Counted from the stretch's first letter, positions 39,620 through 51,061 are shown. The stretch: DNA of 64,000 nucleotides from an uncultured cyanobacterium (GCA_963803805.1 CAWDOD010000011.1:256001-320000); one strand, 5' to 3'. Translations and numbers: made by a program. Notes: a model not told the origin generated them from the letters alone.

Positions 39620-40693
39620 TTAGTTTTGCATCTCCACAGGTTGATAAATTTTACCAAGACTACGGTCTTGATTAATTTCAATAACTATATCTACAAGATG
39701 GGGATTTTTAGTTAACGGAGTAATGAATAGTTCAGGATGAAGAGATTTCCAAAAATATTCCACAAACTGGTTAATTTCCTCATCTCCCATGCCAGCCTTT
39801 CCCGTAGCAATCATTTTGTGTTCTGCTTCTAAGCGCCACTTTTGGCTAAGACGATAATCCACAGGATAAAGAACAATCAAGCGGTCTAGTTTTGCCCAGA
39901 GGGGTAAATATTCCTGTAAGCGAGTATTACTAGCGATGGCAAAATCTCGATCTAGGTTGGTCAAAATAGGATGAGGTGCATTGTTAAACATTTCCTCATC
40001 TATAGGTCTAGCTCCCACAAACCAACCTTCAAATAAAATAATATCTGCTTTCTGGATCTGCTCAGGTTCAGTCCTATCTCCTGCCCCTTGCCACTGAGAT
40101 TTATCAAAACGAGGTACACAAATAGTCTCAGTTGCGTTTCCTTGACGCAATTTATCTAATAATTCCATACCCAAAGCTACATCGTGAGTTCCCGGAGGGC
40201 CACGCCAAATTAAGCGAGGATCTTCTTGCTGCAAGAGTTTTCTATCTGCGTAGGTTTTATAAATATCATCAATAGATACCCCTAAAGTAGAGTAACCTAA
40301 CTTGCCCAAAATTAAATAAATAATGGTGGTAAGAGTTGTTTTACCTGTTCCCTGGCCTCCTAAAATGCCCTGTATTAAAGGACGACCTAGCTTTTCTTTT
40401 TCTGAAGCTAACCATAGGGCTAAAGGCAACCACAAATCCCAGAGAGTTGCGATCGCCGCTTCTTGATTCTGGAAACCTAAATTTTGACAAAGTAGCCAAA
40501 CCTCAGCATATACTTCCTGGAAAAGTTCTACTCTGGTATCAATCTTTTCTTGAGCATTATTAGCATCAAGACCAAAAGCCTGGGCTTTTTGTGGTTGGTT
40601 TAATTCTGTTTGCAAAAGTTCTTGATAAGCTGATTCACTTAACTTTTGCCCCGTAACTAACTGCTGTAATAATTTCTCTACTCGCAAAACCAT
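39620..40693 (-). CDS. Plant-type D-glycerate 3-kinase (GLYK-like)
   Basis: GGQGTGKT, SIDDIY, RGPPGTHD, PRFDKS...GAGDR and FEGWFVG. Confidence 0.85.
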   Translation of the reverse strand: MVLRVEKLLQQLVTGQKLSESAYQELLQTELNQPQKAQAFGLDANNAQEKIDTRVELFQEVYAEVWLLCQNLGFQNQEAAIATLWDLWLPLALWLASEKEKLGRPLIQGILGGQGTGKTTLTTIIYLILGKLGYSTLGVSIDDIYKTYADRKLLQQEDPRLIWRGPPGTHDVALGMELLDKLRQGNATETICVPRFDKSQWQGAGDRTEPEQIQKADIILFEGWFVGARPIDEEMFNNAPHPILTNLDRDFAIASNTRLQEYLPLWAKLDRLIVLYPVDYRLSQKWRLEAEHKMIATGKAGMGDEEINQFVEYFWKSLHPELFITPLTKNPHLVDIVIEINQDRSLGKIYQPVEMQN

Positions 40694-40704
40694 TCACCCA
40701 ATAA

Positions 40705-41055
40705 CTAGGAATTTAGTTTAAATGCTTCCACAAATAAACCATAGGTTATACCAATCTTCAAGTTATTAATTACTTCTACCAACAAAGATGGTTTAGCTAC
40801 TCCATTAACAAGACCCTTTTTAGTACGGCCATAAACAGTTCTGCTAACTATTTCTGTAAACAAAAGTACAAAACCAGCAGCAATAATATCCCAATCAGAA
40901 GTTTGTCCTGCGGTACTAGTAATAGCTGTACCAAGAAAGAAACCTAATAGTAAGCTAATTAAAATCAGAGCGATGCGCCGCCAAGGATTACTGAAAAACT
41001 GACCAATCTGAGTGCTGGTCAAAACTAAGAGATTGTTTAAACGAGTATTTTGCAT
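40705..41055 (-). CDS. ycf20: DUF565 / Ycf20-like protein
   Basis: MQNTRL...NPWRR...GQ...WD...KIG..YGLFVEAFKL.S. Confidence 0.85.
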   Translation of the reverse strand: MQNTRLNNLLVLTSTQIGQFFSNPWRRIALILISLLLGFFLGTAITSTAGQTSDWDIIAAGFVLLFTEIVSRTVYGRTKKGLVNGVAKPSLLVEVINNLKIGITYGLFVEAFKLNS

Positions 41056-41208
41056 ATTGATTGAGAATATTTTCGACCACAGTTATATCGTACAATTATT
41101 AACTATTTACCTCTTGCTCATAGCTAAAAAGTTGTAAGTCTAGCCACGGTACGATTCTTTGGTTTTCTCTATTAAAGTGGAAAAGGACTAAATAATAAAA
41201 GACTGATT

Positions 41209-41748
41209 GTGAAATATATCTGCGTATTTTGTGGTTCTAGAACTGGTACTAATCCTAGCTACGAGCAAACAGCCCGGAATTTAGGTGAAATTATAGCCCA
41301 AAAAGGTTTTGGTATCGTGTATGGTGCTGGTAAAAGTGGCTTGATGGGGGCTGTAGCGGAAGCCGCCTTAACCGCAGGGGGTAACGTAATTGGGGTAATT
41401 CCTGATTTTCTCTCTACCAGAGAACCTACCCACCCTGGATTAAGCAAACTCCATATCGTTAATTCTATGCACGAACGCAAAGCACTAATGGCTAAATTAG
41501 CTGATGCTTTCGTAATACTTCCTGGGGGTTATGGAACCTTAGAGGAATTTTGTGAAATGCTGACTTGGGCGCAACTAGCTTTGCACCAAAAACCGATAAT
41601 TCTGCTTAATATCAACGGTTATTATGACTCACTGCTCAAATTCTTTGAGCAAGCAGTTCAAGAAAAGTTCTTACTTCCCCAATACCGTTCTTTAGTCCAA
41701 GAAGTTAACTCTCTAGAAGAATTACTGCCCCTAATTGCCCATAGCTAG
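41209..41748 (+). CDS. LOG-family (TIGR00730) nucleotide phosphoribohydrolase
   Basis: CVFCGS, GLMG, MHERK and LPGGYGTLEE. Confidence 0.92.
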   Translation: MKYICVFCGSRTGTNPSYEQTARNLGEIIAQKGFGIVYGAGKSGLMGAVAEAALTAGGNVIGVIPDFLSTREPTHPGLSKLHIVNSMHERKALMAKLADAFVILPGGYGTLEEFCEMLTWAQLALHQKPIILLNINGYYDSLLKFFEQAVQEKFLLPQYRSLVQEVNSLEELLPLIAHS

Positions 41749-41773
41749 TTTTCATTTCTACTTATCTATTAGA

Positions 41774-42790
41774 TCAATTGACAAAGCTATTGCTATAACG
41801 ACGGCTAGCAACTGTGTATTCAACATTATTTAAAACTGATTGCCAAACTTGATAACCTTGGGAACTTAAGTGAATACCATCAGTAGTTAAATCTCTACGC
41901 ATCTGACCTTGAGAATCCGTAAAATAGGGATGAAGATCAAGATAACTAGCCCCTTCTTCTTGAGCAATATCACGAACTTGTTGATTAAGATAAAGAATGC
42001 GAGAGTTAGGAATAGCCTCAAGGCGAGTAGGCAAAATTGACTGGACAACCACTTCTGCCTGGGGGTGATTTTGCTTAATGCGACGGACAATTAAACGAGT
42101 ATTGTTGAGAATTGTCCAATTAGTTGCTCCTTGCCGCAAATCATTAATCCCCGCCATCACATAAATGGTTTCAGGATTAGTTTGAGCGAAAGTAGAAACT
42201 CGTTGCAGAATTTGAGTAGAATTTTCTCCTGAAATACCTTGATTGAGCCATAACTTCCCCCCAGGTAAAAGCTGACTGGGGAACCAAAGACTCAAAGAAT
42301 CTCCCACCAAAACCCCTAAACGATTAGAACCTTGACCTTTAGATAAAGCCCTAGCTTCTTGCCCTAAAAGTTGTTTCCATTGTTGGTGAGTTGGTTGTTT
42401 TGTTGCCCTAGCCCAATCTGAATAGAAGCTATTGCCATTCAAGCGAGTATAAAGTTTTCCTGCTTTCAAAGCTGCCAGTCTTAACTGATATAACTGCGAA
42501 CCAGAAGTTGGACTAACTTCTGAGAGCAGGGAAGACTGAGAAGGATTTAGTTGCGGTTTCATTAGTAGCTGCGACCTTGATGAGCTAAACTCCGGCTGAC
42601 TATTTTCAATACTAGGAATAGTTTGTTGTTGAGCTAGAGAAAGAGAGACACTAGCTTCACTGACATCAAAAGCGCTCAAAAAGTTGCTTAGGGGGTTTTC
42701 TGGGAGAGGGGGAGGAGGAGGAACCTGTCCTGTGGCTAACAAAGTGATGGCTAGCAAAGAAGGATCGCTCATTTGATGACTCCATGACAA
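41774..42790 (-). CDS. SGNH/GDSL hydrolase
   Basis: GDSL, NQGISG, GINDL and DGIHL. Confidence 0.9.
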   Translation of the reverse strand: MSWSHQMSDPSLLAITLLATGQVPPPPPLPENPLSNFLSAFDVSEASVSLSLAQQQTIPSIENSQPEFSSSRSQLLMKPQLNPSQSSLLSEVSPTSGSQLYQLRLAALKAGKLYTRLNGNSFYSDWARATKQPTHQQWKQLLGQEARALSKGQGSNRLGVLVGDSLSLWFPSQLLPGGKLWLNQGISGENSTQILQRVSTFAQTNPETIYVMAGINDLRQGATNWTILNNTRLIVRRIKQNHPQAEVVVQSILPTRLEAIPNSRILYLNQQVRDIAQEEGASYLDLHPYFTDSQGQMRRDLTTDGIHLSSQGYQVWQSVLNNVEYTVASRRYSNSFVN

Positions 42791-42965
42791 TATCCTTTTA
42801 CTTTGACAGCGACTTGAAGATGATTTCAGGAATTTTTGTCTGATTAAAATCCGTCAGGAGATGACTTGCACCTAGGGCAGTGTTACTTGATTTCTGTAAA
42901 AAAATTGTAAAGTAATGAGGAAACAGATAAATTTTGCCCAACAAACGGCTTATCTAACTGCCTAA

Positions 42966-44360
42966 ATGAACTTAATTACTTCAAACCCTTACGAACTTTT
43001 CAACCATCACCCTGTTTATACCCTAGCTACAGCAACAGAATCCCCAGAAGCAAATGGAACTCTTGTATTAGCGGGGGTATTGCTTAGTTTAGTGATAATT
43101 TACTTCGCTAGTAAATTAGGGGGGGAAATTTGCGATCGCATCAACTTACCGCCTGTTCTAGGAGAATTAGTTGGCGGTGTTTTAGTTGGTATTTCCGTCT
43201 TTAAGTTACTTGTGTTCCCAGAAGGCGGCACAGAAGCTGGTGACTCCCTACTAATGATCTTCTTGCAGAAAACCGCAGGCATGACCCTAGAAGAAACTCC
43301 TGCTGTCTTTGCTAGTCAGAGTGAAGTGATTTCTGTTTTATCAGAATTAGGGGTAATCATTCTTCTGTTTGAGATTGGCTTAGAATCTGATCTCAAAGAC
43401 TTGATTGAAGCTGGAACCCAAGCGGCTATTGTGGCTGTAGTCGGGGTTGTTGCCCCTTTCACCCTGGGTACAGCCGGTTTAATTTACCTTTTCAATGTTC
43501 CTATCGTACCAGCCATCTTCGCCGGAGCAGCCCTAACAGCAACCAGTATTGGTATCACCGCTAAAGTCCTAGCAGAAATTGGCCGCCTCTCCACCAAAGA
43601 AGGACAAATTATTATTGGGGCTGCGGTTCTAGATGATGTTCTTGGTATCATTATCCTCGCAGTAGTTACTAGTTTGGCCAAAACCGGAGAAGTTCAAGTT
43701 AGTAACATTATCTATTTAATCCTTAGTGCCGGAGCTTTTCTCATTGGAGCAATTTTCATTGGTCGCTTCCTTAATCCTTTTTTCGTCGGACTAGTGAACG
43801 GCATGAAAACCCGTGGCCAATTACTCCTGGTATCCCTGATTTTCGCATTCAGCTTGTCTTACATAGCCACAGCCATTCATCTAGAAGCTATCTTGGGTGC
43901 TTTTGCGGCAGGCTTAGTGTTAGCAGAAACAGAGAAACGCAGGGAATTAGAGGAACAAGTAATTCCTATTGCTGATCTTTTTGTACCAATTTTCTTTGTT
44001 TGTGTAGGAGCCAAAACAGATTTAAGTGTCCTCAACCCCGCCGTACCTAGTAACCGCGAAGGATTAATTATTGCTGCTTTCCTGATCGTTGTTGCCATCT
44101 TCGGCAAAGTTATTACAGGTTTTACCGTAATCGGGCCCGAAAAACTTAATAAGCTGGCTATTGGTGTTGGTATGATTCCGAGAGGAGAAGTAGGGCTAGT
44201 GTTTGCTGGGGTTGGCTCTGCTAGTGGGGCTTTATCTGAATCTACCGAAGCCGCAATTATCATGATGGTTATTTTAACCACTTTTGTGGCACCTCCTTTT
44301 TTAAGATTGGTATTTAAAGAACCATCAACAGAGGAAGCCGTCAGCAAAGAAAAAGCTTAA
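42966..44360 (+). CDS. nhaS3: CPA2 Na+/H+ antiporter (NhaS3-like)
   Basis: LFEIGLE, ATSIGIT, AAVLDD and GMIPRGEVG. Confidence 0.8.
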   Translation: MNLITSNPYELFNHHPVYTLATATESPEANGTLVLAGVLLSLVIIYFASKLGGEICDRINLPPVLGELVGGVLVGISVFKLLVFPEGGTEAGDSLLMIFLQKTAGMTLEETPAVFASQSEVISVLSELGVIILLFEIGLESDLKDLIEAGTQAAIVAVVGVVAPFTLGTAGLIYLFNVPIVPAIFAGAALTATSIGITAKVLAEIGRLSTKEGQIIIGAAVLDDVLGIIILAVVTSLAKTGEVQVSNIIYLILSAGAFLIGAIFIGRFLNPFFVGLVNGMKTRGQLLLVSLIFAFSLSYIATAIHLEAILGAFAAGLVLAETEKRRELEEQVIPIADLFVPIFFVCVGAKTDLSVLNPAVPSNREGLIIAAFLIVVAIFGKVITGFTVIGPEKLNKLAIGVGMIPRGEVGLVFAGVGSASGALSESTEAAIIMMVILTTFVAPPFLRLVFKEPSTEEAVSKEKA

Positions 44361-44666
44361 ATCACCTCTGGTTAACAAATGCCAGGGAGATATTTCCCTG
44401 GCTCTTAATCAAAACATTGAAACTTGATTATTTTTTCCACGTCCGGTGATCTTACACCCTCAAACCCATAGTCACAGGTTGTATGATATCTTTCACAGAA
44501 TAATCCCCCCTACTCCCTGAAATAAGGGCGAGTTTATGAGTATTTCTGATTATCTCTTAGATTGACCTCGAACCCGCCCCCACATTGCCCTAACCTAACC
44601 GATAACTTTTGCAACTAAACACCGATCTGGATATTTAGATACATTTCTATTGAGGAAAGATTAATT

Positions 44667-46493
44667 GTGAGACTTCGCTGGCTAGCACTAACTATTCTGA
44701 GTATTTTAATTTACTGTACTCCTGCTGAAGCAGGAAGACTATTACGTGCAAATTTCGATGCTCGGACAAGACAACTAAATTTTATTACTAACGAAGGGGT
44801 TCAACCTACTGCTAAGCTTATTTCCAATCCGACTCGTTTAATTATTGACTTACCCGGTACAAGTTTAGGAGGAACAACTAAAAACGAGAATTTAGGTGGT
44901 GCAATCCGCAGTTGGCGTATAGGTCAATTTGATGAGGGAACTACTCGTATCGTTATTGAACTGGCTCCTGGCTACACTATGGACCCAGAACAGATTAAAA
45001 TTCGAGGCGCTTCACCAACTCAATGGTCAGCCGAGTTACCAACACCTCAAAGGGAACAAACCCCAACGACACCACCACCAACGACTAATAACCCTAATCC
45101 TCCTGATAATCTACCTCCCAATCCCCCTCCTTCTGACAATGGCACAGCAGGATGGCAAATTTATAATTTTCAAGAAACAGAAAATGGCTTTTTCCTCCGG
45201 GCTAGGGGCAACGAAAAACCCCAAAGACCTCGGATTCTACGCAGTCGTGACCAGCGTAGAATTGAGATTGAAATAGAAGGGGCAACCCTTGATGCTCGCC
45301 TCAAAGACCAAACTTTAAATGTTGGTCGCTTTGGAGTCAATCAAATTCGCTTCACCCAAGAGAATGACAAAGTTCGCTTGACTTTAAATGTAGATCGAGA
45401 TGCTCCAGATTGGATAGCCGTTTATAGCGATTTAGGGGGAGTTGTTCTCGTTCCTAGGGGGGTTTCTTTTTCCGAATCGGAACCAGTTTCTGCCATAGAA
45501 ATTTCTACCTCCGAATCAGAAGTTATTCCTGTTAGGGAAATTCCGACGCAAATTCCTGAAACTCCTACCCAAGAAAAATTAACTACTATTCAAGGACTAG
45601 AACTCAATCTCAGCAACACTCAACTCCTAGTTCTCGCTGATGGCCCTGTACAAGCTAGCAGTCGCTGGAATAGCAGTGCCGGGGTTTATGAAATTACTAT
45701 ACCCAATGCTCAAGTTGCCTCCCAGCCTAATGCTCCTCAATTAGGTTCTAATAGTCCCATCGCTCGCATACGACTGCGTAATAAAGACGAAAAAACCGTC
45801 GTCATTTTAATCCAACCGGCTTCTGACACTCAAATTGGCGAACTTAATCAGCTTAGCGAACAAGTATTAGCTTTAGAGCTACGTTCTGCCCCTATTCGTC
45901 CTCCTAGTAATACTCAACCCCAAATTCCTCTACCCACAGTTCCCCAAGGCACAACTCTGGTTGCTGTCGATCCTGGCCATGGAGGTAAAGATCCTGGCGC
46001 AATTGGTATTAGCGGTTTGCGAGAAAAAGAGGTGATTTTACCTATTGCGAGGGAAATTGCTCAATACTTAGAACAGCAAGGTGTCCGTACGTTAATGACC
46101 CGCTCCGATGATACCTTTGTTAGTCTCCAAGGAAGGACTGATTTAGCTAACCGGGCTGGGGCTGACCTATTTGTCAGTATTCACGCTAACTCCATCAGTC
46201 TAGACCGCCCCGATGTTAATGGTTTAGAAACCTATTACTACAGTAGCGGTCAGCAATTGGCCCAAACTATCCATCGCAGCATACTCCAAAATGTTGATAT
46301 TGCAGATCGCGGAGTTCGTTCCGCCAGATTTTATGTTCTCCGTAATTCTGCCATGCCTTCAGTACTAGTAGAAGTAGGCTTTGTTACCGGTAGAGTCGAT
46401 GCTGACAACCTTTCTAACCCAAACTTTCGTAGTCAAATGGCGGCGGCGATCGCTCGCGGTGTTTTAGAGTACATTCAACAATATCGGCTTTAG
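44667..46493 (+). CDS. amiC: N-acetylmuramoyl-L-alanine amidase with AMIN domains
   Basis: PTRLIIDL (AMIN); DPGHGGKDPGA, SIHAN and LVEVGF; upstream of murI. Confidence 0.9.
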   Translation: MRLRWLALTILSILIYCTPAEAGRLLRANFDARTRQLNFITNEGVQPTAKLISNPTRLIIDLPGTSLGGTTKNENLGGAIRSWRIGQFDEGTTRIVIELAPGYTMDPEQIKIRGASPTQWSAELPTPQREQTPTTPPPTTNNPNPPDNLPPNPPPSDNGTAGWQIYNFQETENGFFLRARGNEKPQRPRILRSRDQRRIEIEIEGATLDARLKDQTLNVGRFGVNQIRFTQENDKVRLTLNVDRDAPDWIAVYSDLGGVVLVPRGVSFSESEPVSAIEISTSESEVIPVREIPTQIPETPTQEKLTTIQGLELNLSNTQLLVLADGPVQASSRWNSSAGVYEITIPNAQVASQPNAPQLGSNSPIARIRLRNKDEKTVVILIQPASDTQIGELNQLSEQVLALELRSAPIRPPSNTQPQIPLPTVPQGTTLVAVDPGHGGKDPGAIGISGLREKEVILPIAREIAQYLEQQGVRTLMTRSDDTFVSLQGRTDLANRAGADLFVSIHANSISLDRPDVNGLETYYYSSGQQLAQTIHRSILQNVDIADRGVRSARFYVLRNSAMPSVLVEVGFVTGRVDADNLSNPNFRSQMAAAIARGVLEYIQQYRL

Positions 46494-46560
46494 GTATATT
46501 TTCTTTACTCCCATGCTAGTGTAGCTCTTATCAGTTTTTTACGACCTAAATCCTTATTTT

Positions 46561-47403
46561 ATGAATCAATTGAAACCTAGTCCCATTGGTGTTTTTGACA
46601 GTGGAGTCGGCGGATTGACTGTGTTACGAGAACTTAATCGCCAACTACCTAATGAATCAATTCTTTATTTTGGCGATACTGCCAGATTGCCTTATGGCAC
46701 ACGTTCCCAAGCAGAAATTTTGCAATTTGTGCGGGAGATTCTCACTTGGATGAAGGATGAAGGAGCAAAAATGGTGATTATGGCTTGTAACACTAGTTCT
46801 GCTCTTGCTCTAAATACAGTACGTTCTGAGTTTGAGCTACCAATTTTAGGTATTGTCTTACCAGGTGCCAGAGCCGCTATTGAACAGCAAGGGAAACGTA
46901 TCGGTGTTATTGCTACTCCTGCGACTGCTGCTAGTAACGCCTACCGTAATGCGATTTTAGAAGCTGCTCCTACTACTCAAGTTTGGCAGATGGGTTGTCC
47001 GGAATTTGTGCCGATTGTTGAACAAGGGCGCATCAATGAGCCTTATACCAAAGAAGTGGCAAGAAAATATTTAGCACCTTTATTAGAACAGCAAATTGAT
47101 ACTTTAGTCTACGGTTGTACCCACTATCCTCATTTAGCCCCCATTTTGAGTTCGCTCCTACCTCCTTCAGTTCGATTAATAAATCCTGCTATCTCTGTAG
47201 TTAAAGCGGCTGAACAAGAACTGGAACTCTTAGGTTTAAAAAGCACTCTAACTTCTCCCCCCACTCAATTTTGCGTGAGTGGGGAACCTCAACAGTTTGC
47301 TCAACTTTCTCACCGCTTACTGGGCTATACTCCCTTTGTCAAACAAATCTACCTTACTAAGCAGGCATCAACTATAGCAATGCCTTTAGAAAAGGTAGAT
47401 TAG
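46561..47403 (+). CDS. murI: Glutamate racemase
   Basis: GVFDSGVGGLTV, ACNTS and GCTHYP. Confidence 0.97.
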   Translation: MNQLKPSPIGVFDSGVGGLTVLRELNRQLPNESILYFGDTARLPYGTRSQAEILQFVREILTWMKDEGAKMVIMACNTSSALALNTVRSEFELPILGIVLPGARAAIEQQGKRIGVIATPATAASNAYRNAILEAAPTTQVWQMGCPEFVPIVEQGRINEPYTKEVARKYLAPLLEQQIDTLVYGCTHYPHLAPILSSLLPPSVRLINPAISVVKAAEQELELLGLKSTLTSPPTQFCVSGEPQQFAQLSHRLLGYTPFVKQIYLTKQASTIAMPLEKVD

Positions 47404-48245
47404 GTTTTAATTTATTTGGTGAGTAGTTTAGTTGATTAATTAACTAAATTTCGTATCACGAGATGGTGCAGGCGTTCCTTTTAAGGGACGCTGCGCCAAT
47501 GTCAACAGTAAATAAACTGTTAGCAAGTAACCAGATGCAACAACTAGAATCATCACTTATATATCTCCGTAACTCATAGAAGGTGGAACTTTAGATAACA
47601 CAAAATAAGGTAAGTATTTACCTGATATCAGCTCAAATTTAGGTACAACAGCGCTGGCCTGAAAGTATTACTGCTTGCAGGTAACTAAAAAGGTATATAA
47701 GGTTTGAGCTGAAAAACCTGCTGCTATTGCTGAGCTAGCAGATATTAAGAGTTTTGGTATGACTTAATCTAGAACTCCCTAAGAAATGATATTTGAGTTG
47801 TTCCAGTTACTAATTAAACTCAAGGTGTAGAAAAACAACAGCTACTCATCAATGATAAGATTCATAGCAATCTACTCCTGTAGCACAACCAAGATCATTT
47901 TTAGTTCGTCCTGAAGTCTTTTGATCGTAAGCTTATAGACTCACTCTAGCTAAACCCCAAATCTCATAAAACCTATTTTAAGAATTATCAGATATGGGAA
48001 ACATAACTTCAACTTGACTTAGCTTATTTGCGCCAGGTAAAAATACTGACTGCTTTTCTTCTAAATCGCTAATCTATAAACGAACAAAACCCTTACTATT
48101 AAACTAACACAATATTGCTTAGTATTAAAGGGTTTTTGCCAATTAATTTTCTAGATCCATACAATTACTTATGAGATGTTTAGCACTCTATTTCTAGACT
48201 AAGGCTTCCCTCTCAGGAAACCATGGCTTAGAATAAATTAAAGGA

Positions 48246-48263
48246 TATGTAAACTTTCGTAAA
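48246..48263. promoter_or_regulatory. HLR1 (RpaB)-like direct repeat upstream of sds
   Basis: Minus strand TTTACGAA-AG-TTTACATA, just downstream of a TAGAAT -10 candidate at 48229-48234. Confidence 0.5.
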
Positions 48264-48287
48264 TACTGCGCCCAATTTGGCTAACCC

Positions 48288-49259
48288 ATGACCTCAGTTA
48301 CCTCTCTTTTTGCCCCTGTTGATGCAGACCTGTGTATCCTGACAGAGAACCTTAAAAAATTAGTGGGTGCGCGACACCCCATTCTCTACGCCGCAGCAGA
48401 ACATTTATTTGGGGCGGGAGGGAAACGAGTCAGGCCAGCAATTGTTTTGTTAGTGTCGCGAGCTACTTTATTGGAGGGCGAACTCACCCAACGCCACCGA
48501 CGATTGGCCGAAATCACTGAAATGATTCACACAGCTAGTCTAGTCCATGATGATGTAGTAGATAGATCAGATATTCGTCGCAGTGTACCTACGGTTAATA
48601 GTTTGTTTGATAACCGCATTGCAGTCTTAGCCGGAGATTTCTTATTTGCTCAATCTTCGTGGTACTTAGCTAACTTAGATAACCTAGCTGTAGTAAAACT
48701 ACTCTCAGAAGTGATTAAGAATTTTGCGGAAGGAGAAATTCAACAAAGTTTGAGTCGCTTTGATATTGGCTTATCCTTAGAAGCTTATTTAGAAAAAAGC
48801 TATTACAAAACCGCTTCCTTAATTGCCAACAGTGCTAAAGCGGCTGGACTTTTGAGCGGGGTATCTGAAGAAATGGCTGATAGTATTTATAACTACGGCA
48901 AGCATTTTGGTTTAGCCTTCCAAATAGTTGACGATATTTTAGATTTCACCGCTTCAACAGAAGTACTGGGTAAGCCAGTAGGTTCGGATTTAATTAGTGG
49001 CAATATTACGGCTCCGGTATTATATGCTATAGAAGAAAAACCTTACTTAAAAGTCCTAATTGAGCGAGAGTTTAGCCAAGATGGAGATATAGAACAAGCC
49101 CTTTCCTTAGTTAAAGAAAGCCAAGGTATAGAACGTTCTCGCGAACTAGCGGCCCATCATGCTTGTTCAGCAGCCCAGTGTATTGCGACTTTAAAACCTT
49201 CGCCATCTCGTGAAACCCTGATCGAAATAACTGATTATATTTTGAGTAGGATGTATTAG
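48288..49259 (+). CDS. sds: Solanesyl diphosphate synthase
   Basis: GGKRVRP, LVHDDVVD, KSYYKTASL and FQIVDDILD. Confidence 0.93.
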   Translation: MTSVTSLFAPVDADLCILTENLKKLVGARHPILYAAAEHLFGAGGKRVRPAIVLLVSRATLLEGELTQRHRRLAEITEMIHTASLVHDDVVDRSDIRRSVPTVNSLFDNRIAVLAGDFLFAQSSWYLANLDNLAVVKLLSEVIKNFAEGEIQQSLSRFDIGLSLEAYLEKSYYKTASLIANSAKAAGLLSGVSEEMADSIYNYGKHFGLAFQIVDDILDFTASTEVLGKPVGSDLISGNITAPVLYAIEEKPYLKVLIEREFSQDGDIEQALSLVKESQGIERSRELAAHHACSAAQCIATLKPSPSRETLIEITDYILSRMY

Positions 49260-49318
49260 AGTAGACCTTTAATTTTCACAACTTAAAATTGTGACTCTTT
49301 TCTGCTCCCTTTACTAAA

Positions 49319-49795
49319 TCAAGCAATATCTGGTGGTAAACTATTAGGATTTGCCCTGAATTGCTTTAACTGGGCTTGTATTAGTTTTTGTAGGTCTGTA
49401 CGACGAACCTCAACTCCAGCAGATAAATTACTTGGTGTTTCTACAAAAACCGTACTATCTGCCTTCTCAATAGCAAACATTTGGAACAAAATGTGAGTAA
49501 CCGGTACTGGGGAAGCTATAACTTGAGGATCACAAGTTCCTTGAAAACTAGCAGCATCTTTGAGGGTTGCAAAAGCATAGATGACGTTTTTTTCCAATGA
49601 TTGTTGGGCGCGATTACTCAAAGTAGTTAATACCCACTCTCCATCTATGGTCTGGAGAACGTAATATTCTAAATGTTTGAGTTGACTAGCAAAAGCTTTG
49701 AGAATGGGAGCAATAGCCACTTCCATAACCTGGGGAGTCAAACCATCAGCGGGGGCATTTTCGACTAAAAGGGCAATTTGTTGTTCTAACTCCAT
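49319..49795 (-). CDS. Conserved cyanobacterial hypothetical protein
   Basis: 158-aa ORF with AP.DG.TP, YYVLQ and YAF motifs, ending PPDIA. Confidence 0.75.
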   Translation of the reverse strand: MELEQQIALLVENAPADGLTPQVMEVAIAPILKAFASQLKHLEYYVLQTIDGEWVLTTLSNRAQQSLEKNVIYAFATLKDAASFQGTCDPQVIASPVPVTHILFQMFAIEKADSTVFVETPSNLSAGVEVRRTDLQKLIQAQLKQFRANPNSLPPDIA

Positions 49796-49919
49796 TGTTT
49801 TTCTCTTTTATTAGTTATTGGGACTAAATTTATTGTGAGCCTAAACCAGGTTAAAAGGTTAACCTTCTGTGCTAGTGTCGTTGTTGAACATTAATCCTTA
49901 GAAGGAAATCTGCCAGCGC

Positions 49920-51061
49920 GTGGAGGTAATTTTTCAACTGCTATTCAGTAAATTCCGGCAATCGACTAAAGCTTCAGAGCAAAACTGTCGATCTGTTGCC
50001 GAACGTATTGCCAATGAAGTAGCGAGAATTTGTCAGCAAAGCTCTCGCATTCAAGCTTCTGGCGAAATAGAAAACTGGGCCAAAAATTAGCTAACCATCG
50101 CTTAGAACAGTGCCTGCATTACTATGGCTTAGGTTCTAATCGAGGCAGAATCGAATTACAGAGTACCTTGAGTGCCATTATCTACCGCTACATTTCTCCT
50201 CCAGGTGCGATCGCCAGCTATCAAGCGAGATTGACTTTAATTGAAGACTTTTTACAAGGTTTTTATGCAGAAGCTTTGAATGCTTTTAGGCGAGAGGCAG
50301 AACTTCAAGAACAATACTCTCCTCGTACTCTTTTGGAACTTGGGGAATATATGGCCTTTTGCGAACGCTATGGCAAAAGGCGTATTCCTTTACCAGGGAA
50401 ACGCTCTCAACAGTTAATTATCCTACGGGCCCAAACCTTTTCTCAACAACAACCTAGCGAAGCATCAGTGGATATTGATGCGGCTGGGGATGGAGGGAGT
50501 TTAGACTCTAATCGAGGTTGGAATGACCCCACAGTCCAGCAACTAAGGGAAGTCATGGTAGAACAAGAATCTACCCCTTTAGAGGCGAATTTGCGGGAAA
50601 AGATTATTGAGGAGTTAATTGCTTACCTAGAAGAAAAGCAACAAAACGAGTGTATAAACTACTTTGTTTTGCGCTTGCAAGACCTTAGTGCCAATGAAAT
50701 TGAGCAAATTTTAGGGCTAACTCCCAGAAAAAGGGATTACTTACAGCAGCGCTTTAAGTACCATCTTATTCGTTTTGCCCTTTCCCATCGCTGGGAACTA
50801 GTGCATCAATGGTTAGAAGCTGATTTAGAACGTAATTTGGGTTTAACCCCCCAAAAGTGGGAAATTCTCACCGAGAAACTAAGCCCTACTCAAACTGAGC
50901 TATTGCGACTTAAACAATTAGAAACCCCTACAGCAGAAATTGCCAAGGAACTATCCTTAACAGTAAATCAAGCTGAGAAACAGTGGTTCAAATTACTCGA
51001 ACTCGCTTGGGACATTCGTAATCGTTCAGTATCCGGATCGGACGCATCTCCAGATGAATAG
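49920..51061 (+). pseudogene. hetZ: HetZ, split by a 1-bp frameshift in an A5 run (50082-50086)
   Basis: GTG 49920 opens VEVIFQLLF...STKASEQNC..VA.RI..EV.RIC..S.RIQASG; a second frame continues LANHRLEQCL.YY.LGSNRGRIEL...ERYGKRRIPLPG...LIILRAQTFSQQQP. Confidence 0.75.

Noticed and set aside
42893-42911. HLR1-like repeat upstream of nhaS3
   Set aside because: The half-sites have 11-bp rather than 10-bp periodicity in a very A/T-rich tract.
47404-49920. patX/patS-like RGSGR peptide or HetR box near hetZ
   Set aside because: No RG(S/T)GR-coding small ORF or convincing GGG-N5-CCC site was found by eye.
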